Positions 15,062 through 27,909 of a DNA stretch of 64,000 bases are shown in pieces; position 1 is the first letter of the stretch; each line of letters begins with the position of its first letter. The position numbers and the translations under genes were made by a program. The stretch comes from the human T2T-CHM13v2.0 reference genome, Homo sapiens: assembly GCF_009914755.1 (NCBI RefSeq), contig NC_060937.1. One strand, written 5' to 3'. A model generated the notes under the pieces. That model did not search any database. It saw nothing but the letters and a program-made list of their open reading frames with translations, and was not told the origin of the DNA.

Positions 15062-15474
15062 ATGACCACAGTGAAAACATTAGTAATCCTTTGGGTTAAA
15101 CCAAGTCTTCTTGGACACTTAGGTTGATTCTAGGCTATTGTCAATAATGGAATAACAAAAAATATAGAGAATAGCCCATTTATTTTTTTGCAGAGAAGCT
15201 AGACAATTCACAGTAACTTATGGCCTAGACAATTTTATTTCTTGATCAACACAACTCTTTATAGATGCCTGTGGTCCAAAAATGCAGATTCCTAATCGTC
15301 CCCAAAAAGAAGGGATCCTCTGCAAGGCAACCTGGGAGGGAGTTTAGGATTGTTCTGAAGCAGTGAAAGCCATTGAGATTAACATGTAAGAGGGTAGAGA
15401 AAGGGAATCCACATGTTTTGATCCCTCCATGTGCTGGATATAACTTGGTCTTCATTACATTGCACCACCTTTGG

Positions 15475-15730
15475 TGTCAGAGAGAACTGGATTTGAATCC
15501 CAGTTCCTTCACTCATTATGATTTGATGGTGAATATGTTTTTAACTCGTCTGAACCTCAGTTTGCTCATCTACAAATGATGGGATTGTTATGAGACTTGC
15601 ATAAGGTAAGTGTTTAAAAATCTGGGAGTAATCCTGTAATTTAAAACACGGGGTTGTGATGAGGCTTCAATATGGTACGTGTGTAAAAATCTGGTCACAA
15701 TGTTACTAATTTTGTAGGTTTTCAATATAT
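15475..15730 (+). mobile_element. MIR with a short internal tandem duplication
   Basis: ctggatttgaatcccagttc...ctgaacctcagtttgctcatctacaaatg; tail motif occurs at ~15580-15625 and again at ~15650-15700. Confidence 0.7.
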
Positions 15731-16338
15731 AGAGAAGGAGGATTATTTTTCTCTCATTTAATTTTTAGAACAAGTTTATAAAATTGGTATTATTCATATT
15801 TTTGGGATAATCAAAGTATCAGTAGGTTTAAATAAATCACCATAGTCACAAAGCAGTTCACAGTATATTAACTGGATAATTGCTAGTGAAAAGTAACAAT
15901 GATGGTCACATTGAAAATCTTGTGTTGGGTGGTGGTTTTCTCTTGCATAAGCCTCTTCATTTGTTGAAACCATAGATTCTAAGTTTGCTCTATCAAAGTG
16001 ATCATTAGAAAAATATAAGGTACTTAGTGTATAAATTTTAGAAAATGTCCTTTTCAATCCTGTTAATTTGATTGAATATGTGCATTTTGAATTATGAATA
16101 TAAATATGAATATGTATGACATATGAAATATGACTTGACATCACAGAGTAACCTTAGATCGTGGCAACGTTTTTTTCTGAAAGCACCTGCAGAAATGTAT
16201 CTTCTTTCTAGTTTCCAAAAAACTCAGAGGTCATGGGGGAAGAGGGGACTTTGGCTGTCAGATAGTGCATGAGGTACATTAGGATACAGTAATTTCGTCA
16301 TAATTCATATTCATAATTCACAGTGAGGAAACCTGAAA

Positions 16339-16560
16339 GTTGCTATCAGTTAGCAATAAATGAAAGGTGGGGCGGGGTCACTGGGGGCGCGGCTTTGTGA
16401 GCCAGTGCCTGGACTCCCACGTCACAAATGGAAGGGCAGCGCGTGGAAGGAACTCAAGGCCTGATTGGTTCTTCCTAAGCAGGACACATCAGGTTGTCAG
16501 GGCAACCGGCCTTCAGTTGGTGGCCTTCAGTGTGTGCTTTAAGTTGGTGGCATTTGGTTG
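16339..16560 (+). promoter_or_regulatory. Putative promoter (GC box, CRE/UPRE-like site, CCAAT box, RFX X-box, MYB motifs)
   Basis: ggggcgggg 16369-16377; ccacgtca 16417-16424; ctgattggtt 16461-16470; ggttgtcagggcaacc 16492-16507; cagtta 16347 and cagttg 16514; abrupt rise in GC and CpG. Confidence 0.55.
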
Positions 16561-17330
16561 TCTTTCCTGGGGAGAGGGGGCAGGTGCTCAGCTCTGCAGA
16601 CGTGGGGGCAAGCGAAGGCCCAAGCTGCCTCGAGAAGAGCAGAGGTGCCCCATAGGGACCACGATGACCAGTCGCATGTGCACCAAAGCCAGCCCCCTGC
16701 AGGGCCAGCGGAGGGGTTCTGCGGGGCCGTCCTGTGGCTTTGATATCTATGAGTGGGAGGCCAGCACAGGCACAGGCACCAGCAGAAAGGAGCAGAGACT
16801 CCCAGAACATGCTGTCCCCCAATACCAGCCCCAAGCGAGGCCAGCTTAGGGTGCGGTGGGCAGAGCCATCCTGCAGCTCTGAGATCCACGAGGTGTAGGT
16901 GGGAGTAGGGCCAGGCTCCACTGCGTCGGAGCTCACGCAATTTGAGCCCAATTTGATTCCGGAGCCATGACCTGCAGCACATTGGCGACCAGAAGACGCC
17001 CAAAGGTAGGGAGGCGACAGATACCGCTTGGCCTCAGGAGCTTCTCTGGCCGTTGCTGAACCAAGGTTCCCCCAGAGACATTCACAGCCTGGGGCTCCTC
17101 CCTTCTTCACCTAGTTCCTTTCCTAGACCCAGGCCCCAAGCCTGAGGACTGGCTCTGCCTGGGGTCTCCATCCCTTCGTCTTTCCCTGTTGCATCCAGCC
17201 GGTTTCTTTTCCCATCCCTACCCATATGCCCAGTTCTGGACCCTCTTCTTCTTCCTAGAGGCTGGCCAAAAACTAAGTTTTCAAAGTACAAAATGGATGC
17301 TACATATTTCGTTGCTGAGACTTCTCTCAG
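16500..17330 (+). other. GC/CpG-rich non-repeat segment, candidate first exon of a non-coding transcript
   Basis: Directly follows the promoter motifs; donor-like sites aag|gtaggg (~17005) and consensus cag|gtaagt (17330/17331); no recognisable protein. Confidence 0.35.
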
Positions 17331-18282
17331 GTAAGTATGTAAAAACCTGGACACAATGCCTATAATTTTGTAAGTGTTCAATATATGGAGAAGGAGGATT
17401 ATTTTTCTTTCATTTAATTTTTAGAGCAACTTTATAAAATTGGTGACACTCATATATTTGAGATAATCAAACCAAGGATCAGAAAGACTAAATAAATCAC
17501 CATAGTCACAAAGCAGTTCACAATACATTTACTGGATAATTTCTAGTTAAAAGTAGCAATGATGATCACATTGAAAATCTTGTATTATCTGGTGGTTTTC
17601 TCTTACTTAAGCTTCTTGGAATTTAGTAAAATAAGTTGCAGCTCAAAAAGCAGATCCGTAGAATATTTTGTTCCAGAGATTGTAGTGGGGGCCCAAGTAT
17701 TGCATGAGTTTTGTTGGGAACAAGGTGTAGGCTGAGAATCTAAGCAAACTTCAGTTGGTGGTTTTCAATTGGTGGGCAGTGGCAGAAGGAGGAGGAGCTC
17801 CGTCTGTGCTCTCTCTTCCCCCAGTCACAGCCCTCAGGCTTGTTGCATCCAGTCCCTTCTTAGTTAAACCAGACAGGTTGACAGGTTTATTTAGCATTTA
17901 GCAGACAAGTCAGCTCAGGGTAGGCGGGTGAGGTGGGGTGTGGGCTGCTAGTACAGTGCCGCCCTTTGACCCAGGGCTGCCCGTGCCCAGGGGGCTATTC
18001 CATATATTATATATTATATATATATATATAATATTTTTATATTTATGTATATAAGCCTGTTGGTTTGTTAAAACCATGGATTCTAAGTTGCTCTATCTAC
18101 GTGATCATTAGAAAAATGTGATGTACTTAGTGTATAAATTTTAGAACATTTCTTCTGTTAGTCTTGTTAATACTCAATTATTTTCTAAAACACCTAGTGC
18201 AAATCTCCATAGGTTTTAATCGAATTATATTATAATTTGGATTTTCTGGTCTGCCTATCTTCCAAATAATAAAGTTCTTAAA

Positions 18283-18763
18283 ATTAATTTTCTATTGCTG
18301 CCATAACAAATTACCACAATTTTGTGGCTTAAATCAAAGACTTACGACCCTATAGTTCTGTAGGGCAAACCTCTGACCGTGGTCTTACTGGACTTAAGTG
18401 AAGGTGTTGTCAGGGCTGTATTGCTTTCTGGAGGCTCTAGAGAGAATCCATTTCCTTTTCCAACTTTTAGATGCTGTCCCTATTCCTTGGATCATGGGAC
18501 AATCCCTCCATCTTCAAAGCCAGTAATGTGGGATGTCTGTGACCATTGTTCTGTAGTCATATAACCTTCTGACTGTAGCTAGGAAAGATTCTCTTATTTT
18601 ATAGACACATGCAATTAGATTGGCCCCCAAGATAATCAAGGATAATCCCCCTAACTCAAGGGTTAATCACATCTCCAAAGTCCCTTTTGCCTCATGTAAA
18701 GTAATATGGTCACAGATTCCAGGGACTAGAACATATTTATGGGGTCATTATTTTGACTGTCAC
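18283..18763 (-). mobile_element. MLT1D-like LTR
   Basis: tctattgctgccataacaaattaccaca...ctttctggaggctctag...ggggtcattattttgactgtcaca. Confidence 0.85.
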
Positions 18764-19085
18764 AAAGGCAAAGTCTTGGACTTATGCATATCTAGATTTT
18801 CTTTGCTTAATTTCAGAGCCTAGAACACATTAGACTCTAAATAAATGTGAATGACTGATAAATATTATATTTACAGATTGCTGCCACATTACAATTCTGT
18901 CCTCCCACTGGTGGTGGAATCCTATGTACTTTTTACCATCTCCATTTTGCATTCAGACTGAACATGGCTATGTTATTCCTTTCACCTGGGTGATTTGAAA
19001 CCATCTCTCTATTTCTATTTGTAGAGATCTTATCTATCAAGCCCTTCTCAAATGCCACTTCAAAAAACTTTTTCTAATCTCCAAT

Positions 19086-19472
19086 TGTCTTAGTCAATTT
19101 ATGCTCTTATAACAAAATAACACAGACTAGGCAATTTATGAAAACCAGACGTTTATGTGTCACAATTCTGGAGACAAGGAAGTCCAAGATCAAGGCGTTG
19201 GCAGGTCTGATGTCTGGTAAGGGCTGTTCTCTCCGTTCAAGATGGTGTCTTGATGCTGCATCTTCCAGAGACAAGGAACACTGTTTCCTCACATGGTGGA
19301 AGGCGGGAGAGCAAGAGGGATGAACTCCCTCCATGGAGCTCTTTCATGAGGGCTCCTAAACCCATTCCTGATGTAGGAGTCCTGATGGCCTCATCACTTC
19401 CTGCAGGCTCCACCTCAACACTCTCACATTGTCAACGCTGAATCTCGGAGGAGTCACAGTGAAACCACAGCA
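19086..19472 (-). mobile_element. MSTD-like solo LTR
   Basis: tgtcttagtc...gaagtccaagatcaagg...aaaccacagca; perfect TSD ccaat at 19081-19085 and 19473-19477. Confidence 0.9.
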
Positions 19473-19589
19473 CCAATCAAGTATGATCTTTCTCTCCTCA
19501 AAAACCCCCTCATAAGTTTAGACCTCCCATGCACTTTTATACGTTTTGTCTCATGGTTTCTTCCTGTACAAATAAGGTGCTATAAATGG

Positions 19590-20125
19590 ATAGCTATAGT
19601 TTTGGGTTTCATTTCAACAAAACACCCTTCCTAGTTTTTTGAACCCCAAGCAAAATATGAGGACAGGCCCCACCTTCCATTACAAAAGCTGAAAGGGAGT
19701 GCATGATCCTTTTTCCAGTTTCTTGGCCACTCACGTGTGGGCACATATCTAGGCCCAGCCAACTGATGGCTCTTTATTAGAACTTGGAACCCGATGAAAT
19801 GATGCAAAAGACCTGAAAGAATCAGAGATGATTCTGAGAAATTGAGCAGAGATGCAGGTCCAGGAATATGGCAGCAAATGCCTAGGTTCAGCAGAGCCCA
19901 GCTACATGGTGACAAGTGTCAAATGACAACATCCTAGTGGTGGCATCCCAAGATCTGCTTTCGTCGAATGAACTTGGCTGTGCTGACTTTCCCTCAGTTT
20001 TTACCTTGCTTCTCCAGCATCTTCAATGATTTTGTGAACTATTCAATATCCTTTCATTGAATTCCTGTTTTGCTTAAGTTGTCTAGAATTTGTTATTTTC
20101 AGTGAAAAATATAAACCAATTATGT
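19590..20125 (+). mobile_element. LTR33-like ERVL LTR
   Basis: gggcacatatctaggcccagccaac and 3' tcaatatcctttcattgaattcctgttttgcttaagttg motifs. Confidence 0.6.
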
Positions 20126-20939
20126 CCTCACATTAAAACACACTCCACTTAGGCATCTCCTCTGATCTCACTGGAGAAAAGTGTGGGCGTTATTTGTAAT
20201 TTGACTCAGAATCATAGGATTAGTTTGGTACTAGTAACAATGGAGATAAGTAACTAACTTTTTGTGAAACTTCTTCCTGGGGTGAAACAAAATCTATTGT
20301 GGAAACTCTTTCCAATTATCTCTGGAAATTTATTAAGTGACTTAGTATATAATGATAATTTACCATGATATTTGATAAAATAGTTTTGTGTGTTCAGAAT
20401 AATTTCTTTTTTCTTTACCTTTAAAATAATGCATTGATAGTTAATTTTCTCCTAAATTGTCTGTTTTTATTTCCATAAAAGGTATTTATTGAATGTCTCC
20501 TTACTTTTAATATAACTAGGCATTGTGTGATCAAAGTAAAATAAATATGTTCTTGTTTCTGGAATTACTAAAGCTTTGAAAATTGACTTATCGACCTCAA
20601 ACCAATGGGACATATTCCTATGTGGTCTACTCCTCTGTTAGGGTTCCCAGGGTAAGTGGTGATTCCTTTTCTGTCTTTTTAAAGATTTCAGAAATGCAGT
20701 TTCTGATGTGGCCCACTAGGCGGAGTACTTCAGAGCAGTGTTTGTGGGAGTACAAAGCTAACTTCTGCTGCTTTTGCTTGATGCTTCTGCAGCTTCCTTG
20801 ACTACTGTGGATGATAAGTAATCATTTTCTTCCTCTTCTTTATTTTTCCCCCTCCCTCTTTGGAGTGAACGTGAAACATTTAGGAAGTTTGTTGATCAAC
20901 ATGTACAGTGTTTATGAAAATCCGGCTAAGATAATATGG

Positions 20940-21690
20940 TAGTACTCCTTTGGTTATAAATAATAGAATTCAAACTCAAACTGGTCTAAGCCAAAAAAAA
21001 TATTAATTTGTGGACTCGTATAATGGAAAAATCCAGGGTATAGCTTCAGAATGGCTGAACGTAGGGACTCAGGGCTTGGCTCTTCTCCTCTTCCTTGCTT
21101 TTTTCTTCCCCATTGATTTTATTCTCAGACAAGTTTTCCCTTTGTGCTGCAATGTGGCCATCATCACTCCTGCAGTGTACATTTCCTTAGTTCCACTGCC
21201 CCAGAATAAAGCAAAAACAGAAACACTTCTAATAGTTTCAATAAGAGACTAGAGATTGACTTTGGGTGTGAGGCTTGGATTTCATGTCCATCTCTAGTTT
21301 CATCTGTGCCAGGATTAGAAGTATATTCATTGGCCAGGCCTGTGTCACGAGCTCATGCAGGGTTTCCACTGCCCACACAGTGCCTTTGCAAGTATTAGAA
21401 AATGGCTCCCCTTTCTCCAGTTAGATGCAGCCCTGTATCGGGGCATGTGGCTTGGAGAAGAGCATGTAGGCTGGATTTCAACCCCCCTTTCTCCCTTAGC
21501 TGGGTTTCTTCCTTGAGTGAACAACATACTTGTTAGTAGCTGTCCTGTGCTTATTCCTGAAACTGGGGGTGAAATCAGCCCCCACGCCAAAACTGAAGGA
21601 CAGAAGGTGGCTTCATCTAGGGTATCAGATAATGGCTAATAACAAAGGGAGGGGACAGTGGGTGCTGTGTGGGCAAAAGGAGCAAAAAAT
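20940..21690 (-). mobile_element. Old MLT1 (J-L type) LTR, fragmented
   Basis: ttggttataaataatagaattcaaactcaaactggtctaagc...ttttattctcagaca...cattggccaggcctgtgtcac. Confidence 0.6.
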
Positions 21691-24390
21691 AATCCTAACC
21701 TGTCTAGACTTCATCTCAGAAGCCATATGCAACCTTCTTCAATGGAAATATTTGACACTTCAGGATTGCCAAGAAGGCTATAAGGAGCATATCTCTTAAG
21801 AACATAAGTTAGGGCATTCTAGAATGTATGCTTTATGGATTTACCTTGTAAATATATAGCATTGACTAATACACACAGAAAATATATTGTAGAGTAACAT
21901 AGATGACAGAAGTTGAAATACATGACATTCTACTGCAGTCTATCATTATTTTCTAACTTATCAAAATACTCAGAGGATCTTTTTTTTTCATATTGATAAA
22001 TTTCTAACCAGAGCCCTATTTACTCGTGTCTTGAAAAACAGAGTATTTGCGTATATGTCTGAAGAGGGAAGAAAAAGAAAATGATTCCAAAAAAGCTGAT
22101 AACATTAATACAGCTTTCTATAGAAGATGTACATTTGCAACCACAAATTCAAAACTTATAGGAGATGCACAAAATGTGAAGAAAAATAAATGAAACCAAA
22201 CCACTACAAGAAATAACCAAACTAAGAAGACAGCAAGAGAGGAAAAAAAAAAAAAAGAACTGCAAAACATATGAAAAACAATTAACAAAATGCAAGTTAC
22301 TCCTTACCTATCAACAATGACTTTAAATGTGAAAGGATTAAACTATCTAATTAAAAGACATAGAGTGGCACAATGCATAAAAGATATTCATCAGTACATA
22401 TTTATAAGGGAGTCACTTTAGATATAAAGATACATAGAGGCTCAAAGTGAAGGGATGGGAAAAGATACTCTACGCAAATGGTAACCAAAAAAGAGCAAGG
22501 GTATCTATACTTAGATCAGAAAAAATAGACTTGAAATAAAAAACTGTCATTAGAGACTAAGAAGGTCACTATATAATGATAAAAGTTCAGTTCAAAGGGA
22601 AGATTGTAAATATATATCCAGTCAACATTAGAACACCTAAATATATAAAGTTAATATCAGCAAAGCTAAGGGGAGAAATCAGTAACACTAAAATAATAGT
22701 AGCCAACTTCAGTACCCCAAATTCAATAATAGATAGAACATCTAGGCAGGAATAAAAAAAGAGGAAACAGCTGACTTGAACAACACTGTAGATTCAACAC
22801 TGACATATACAGAACTTTCCATCCAACAGCAGCAGAATATACATTCTTCTCAAGTGCACTCAGAATATTCTCTGAGATAGATCAAATCTTAGGTCACAAG
22901 GCATCCTACAAATTTAAGAAGTTTAATATAATGCCAAGTATCTTCTCAGACCACAATGGAATAAAATTAGAAGTCAATAACAAAGACAACAGAAACATTT
23001 ACAAAAATGCAGAAACTAAACAACACACTCTTGAACCACCATTGGGTAAAAGAAGAAATCAAAAGGGAATTTTAAAAATATCTTGAGACAAACAAAAATG
23101 AACATACAACTCCACAAAACTACAGGATGCAGCAAAAGAAGTGCTAAGGGGGAAATGTTACAGTGATAAATACCTACATTAAAAAATAAGAAAGATCTCA
23201 CTCGAACAACCTAACTTTACAAATAAACAATTAGAAAAAGAAAAACTAACTAAACCCAAAGTTGGCATAATGAAGTAAATAATAAAGATTAGAATGTAAA
23301 TAAAATAACTATAAAATAAAAAACAATAGAAAAATCAACAAAGCTAGAGTTGAATTTTTGGTAATACAAACAAAAATAACAAACCCTTAGCTACACTAAG
23401 AAAAAAAGAGAAACTCAAGTAAATATAATCAGAAATGAAAATGGAGACATTATATCAAATGTACAGGAATACAAATGATTATAAAGGACAATTAAGCAAT
23501 TATATGCCAATAAATTGGATAACCTAGAAGAAATGGATAAATTCTTAGAAATATGTAATCTACCAAGGTGGAACAAAAAATAAATAGAGCAGACCAAAAG
23601 CAAGCAAAGAGATTTAACCAGTAATCAAAAATTCCCAGCAAAGAAAAGCCCAGGTGCAGATGTTTTCATGGGCAACTTCTACCAATATTCAAAGAAGAAC
23701 TAATACAAAAATTTCTAAAACTTTTCAGAAAAAATAGAAGAGAGAATACTCTCAAACTCATTTCATGAGTCCGATGTTACCATGACTTAAAAGCTAGACG
23801 AAGAGAACACAAGAAAAAATAATTACAGACCAGTATCCTTAATGAATATAGATGCAAGAATTCTCAATAAAATACAAACTAGCAAACTGAATTCAAAAGC
23901 ACATTGAAAAGGTCATACACCATGACCAATTGGAATTTATCTATGGGATACAAGGATGCTTCAATGTGTAAAAATTAATAATGTGATATACCACATTAAC
24001 AGAATGAAAGACAAAAATAACATTCCAATAGATGCAGAAAACACATTTGACAAAATTCAATATACTTTCATGATAAAACTCTCAGCAAAATAAGTATACA
24101 AGAAACTTACTTCAACACTATAAAGCCTGTATATGAAAAACCTATATCTAATATTATAATCAATGGGGAAAAGCTGAAAGCTTTTTATTTAATATCTGGA
24201 ACAAGACAAGGATGTCTATTCTCATCACTCCTATTCACCATAGTACTGGAAGTCCTAGCCAGAGCAATCAGGCAAGAGAAATAAAAGGCATCAAAATTGA
24301 AAGGAAAGATGTAGTTACCTCTGTTAACAGAAGACATGATTATTATACATTGAAAACTCTAAAGACTCCACAGAAAATGGTTAGAAATAA

Positions 24391-24614
24391 TAGTCAGTCT
24401 TTCATATCTGCTGGGGATTTGTTTCAGGAACCCCTCAGATAACAAAATCTGTGATGATCAATTCCCTCACATAAAATCGTGTACAGCTGGCCCTATGTAT
24501 CCATGGGTCAACATCTGTGGATTCAAACCACCACAGATGGAAAATATGTACAAGTTAGGTTCATGGTTGATTGAGTTCATGGTTGCAGAACCCATTGATA
24601 TGAAGGACTGACTA
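24391..24614. mobile_element. MER2 (Tigger MITE) inside L1
   Basis: TIRs tagtcagtctttcatatc / gatatgaaggactgacta; L1 resumes colinearly afterwards. Confidence 0.85.
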
Positions 24615-25903
24615 TATAATAAATTTACTAAAGTTGTAGGATACACAATTGACATACAAAAATCACTGCTATTTCTAAACACTAACAATGAATTGTCTGA
24701 AAGGGAAATTTAAAAAACAGTATCAAATAAACTACTTTGGAACTAACTAACCAAAGAAGTGGAAGACTTAAACACTACAAATTATAAAAGATTGATGACA
24801 GAAATTGAAACCAAAGTAAATTGAAAGACAACCCATGGATTGAAAGAGTTAGTACTGTATTATTAAAGTGTCCATATTACTCAAAACAATCTACACATTT
24901 AATGTAATCCATATCAAAATCCCAATGGTATCTCCAACAGAAATAGAAAAAAAATCCCAAAATTCATATAGAATCACAAAAATCCCTGAGTGGCTGAAGC
25001 TATTTTGAGCAAGAACAAAGCTACAGGTATCACACTTCCTGACTTCAGATTAAATTACAAAGCTGTAGAAAGAAAAACACTGTGGTATTGGCATAAAAAC
25101 AGACACATAAACCAGTGAAACAAAATAGAGAACCTAGGCATAACCCACACATTTGCAGCAATTGATCACCCTGGAAGGTGACAAGGAGACACTATATGCA
25201 GAAGATATGCTCTTGACCAAATGGTGTTAGGAAAGCTGGATGTCTACATGTAAAAGAATGAAATCGGATCCCTAGCTCACGCCTTATGTAAAAATTAACT
25301 CAAAATGGATTAAACGTTTAAATGTAATCACTGAAACAAAACTCCTGGAAGAAGACAGGAGAAAACATTCTTGACATTGGTCTTGGCAATAATTTGTTTA
25401 GATATGACGCCAAAAGCACAGACAAGAAAGGCAAAATAGACAAATGAAATACATCGAATTAAAATGCTTTTGCACAGCAAAGAAAACTAATGAAATGATA
25501 AGGCAACCTATGAAATGGGGAAAATGTTTGTAAACCATATCTCTTATAAGGAGTTCAAAAAATAAGAAGGATACATACACATCAATTCCAAAATTATGAA
25601 TAACCTAATTTTATTTTAAGGCAAAGAACCTAAATAAATACATCTCCAGAGAAGAAATTCAAATGGCTAACAGGTGTAAGAAAATGTGCTCAACACCTCT
25701 AAACTTCAGAGTAATGCAAATCAAAACCAAAATGAGATATCATGTCACACCTGTTAAAATGGCTATTATCAAAAAGAGAAAAGATAAGTGTTGGTAAGAA
25801 TGTGAAGAAAAGGAAACCATTATACACTATTGATGGGAATGCAAATTAGTAAAACACAGAAAACAGTATTGAGGTTCCTCCAAAAAAAATTGAAAATAGC
25901 ACT

Positions 25904-26180
25904 GGCCTGGTGTGATGGCTCACACCTGTAATCCCAGGATTTGGGGAAGCCAAGGCAGGAGGCGAGGAGCTCCAGACCAGCCTGGGTAACATAGCAAGAC
26001 GCCATCTCAGAAATAAAATTAGCCAGACATGGTGTTGTACACCTGTAGTCCCAGCTACTCAGGAGGCTGAGGTAGGAGGATCGCTTGAGCCCAGGAGATC
26101 AAGGCTGCAGTGAGCTATGATCTTGCCACTGGACTTTACCCTGGATAGCAGAGTGAGACCCAGTTTCAAAAATGGAAAAA
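25904..26180 (+). mobile_element. AluJ
   Basis: ggaggatcgcttgagcccaggagatcaaggctgcagtgagctatgat diagnostics. Confidence 0.9.
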
Positions 26181-27039
26181 AGAACTACCACATAATCCAA
26201 CAATTTCACTTCTGGATATATGTCCAGTGAAATTGACATAAGAGTCTTAGAGAGGTGTCTGTCATCCTCTGTTCATTGCGGCATGACACACAATGACCAA
26301 AATGGGAAAATAACCTAAAGGTCCTTTGGCAGAGGAACAGATGAATGGGTAAAGAAAATGTGACGTGTATACATAAAATGAAACATTATACACCCTTAAA
26401 AAAGAAGGAAATCCTTCTATTTGTGAAAACATTGATGGAGATGGAAGATATTGCTCCAAGCAAAAATGCAAGACACAGAGACAAATACTTCATGATCTCA
26501 CTTACATGTGGAATCTACGACTGTCAAATTCATAAAAACAGAGAATAAGACAGTGGTTGCCAGGGGCTCAGGGAGGGGAAATGGGGTGATGTTAATTAAA
26601 TTGTGCAATGTTCAAGTTATTATAATTTCTGGAGATATAATGTACAAAGTGGAACAACACTGTATCATATTGTGTTCTGCTAAAGGACTAGATCATAAAT
26701 TAATTACTGTCAACAGACACACAATGGTAAATATGTAGAGATAATATGCTAATTTGCTTGATTGTGGTGATCGTTTCAAAAAGTATAGAAATATCAAAAC
26801 ATTAAGTTACCTTAAATTTACACAATTTGTATATGTCATGTTATCATGATAAAGCTGTTAAGAAAGATTTAGTAAATCATGTCTACAACCTGGGAACTTT
26901 CTCATGACAGGGAAGGCTGGAGTAGGAAAATGGAATTTTGCAACAAGGATAGGGTGAGGGACATGGGGAAATTATTGATCAAGTATTTAAGAAATGACCT
27001 GGGTGGAAGCTACAACAAAGGGTATGAGATTTAGCTCAT

Positions 27040-27510
27040 CAGTCCTCAAATTTTTGGTTTCAGGAACACTTCACATTTTTAAAAGTTATTGAGGACCCCA
27101 AAGAGCTTTTATTTATTTGGATTATGTCTATCTATATTTATCATAGTAGACATTAAAGCTGAGAAATTAAAAAAATATATACTTATATGTTTACATAAAT
27201 CACATTTTTATTTAAAATTATCATTTTTAAGCATTAAAGTTTGTGAGAACAGTGACATTGTTTTATATTTTTAGGTGTGTCTTTAATGTCTGGTTTAATA
27301 GAAGAAAACTTGTTCTCCTTTCTACTTCTACATTTAATTTCTTTTGACATCACATGTCAGGTAGCCTCTGGGAAACTCCAATTATACTTGAGAGACAAGG
27401 AAAGTGGAAAAGGTAAACAAAACCTGTGTATTTTTATGAAAAGACTTTTGATCTTGCAGAGACCCTGGAAGGGACTCAGGGACTTCTCAGGGTTCTCTGG
27501 ATCATGTGTT
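27040..27510. mobile_element. Charlie4/MER80-like hAT element
   Basis: ttaaaagttattgaggaccccaaagagctttt...gtagcctctgggaaactcca...gaccctggaagggactcaggga. Confidence 0.75.
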
Positions 27511-27909
27511 CACAGAGTAGAGGGTAAGTCTGCAAGAGAAAGCAGTGATTGGGTGTGGGAGGTCTTGCTGAGAGGTGGTAGAGAAGAGGTTGGATGTGGA
27601 GAAAGTATGGTCCTTGTTTTCATTTCTTTTCCCTTTCCTTTGGCCTCTTGTTGCTGGGATTTCCTCTTTAGATGATCGTATCATAAATTAGAAATAGCAT
27701 TAATGAACATTCTTGATACTGCCTAATGAAAGTTTTTGTTTTGTCTTTCTGAGTCTTGATACATTTCAAGAAGTCTTCTATCTCATTTATTGTTCCCACC
27801 CAAATTTGGAATTTAGGAAGAGTCGATATAGCTATATTTAGATTATTTATCTCTCTGAAGACATTTTGGGATCATTTATAAATCTCTATAAACAATGCTC
27901 TGATGTCCC

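Larger units (their letters stand above)
15674..18171 (+). repeat. Old local direct duplication (15674-16067 vs 17330-17619 plus 18052-18171)
   Basis: Colinear shared blocks, e.g. gagaaggaggattattttt, aaataaatcaccatagtcacaaagcagttcaca, gtacttagtgtataaattttagaa. Confidence 0.9.
22130..26862 (+). mobile_element. L1MA9/L1MB-type LINE (ORF2 plus 3'UTR, degraded)
   Basis: Continuous sense ORF2-like sequence (atgaatatagatgcaagaattctc; ctggaagtcctagccagagcaatcaggcaagag) and 3' end ...gataaagctg. Confidence 0.92.

Noticed and set aside
16367-17110. Overlapping 154-211-aa ORFs in the GC-rich island
   Set aside because: The long ORFs start at non-ATG codons, are open on both strands as expected from high GC, and show no recognisable domain.
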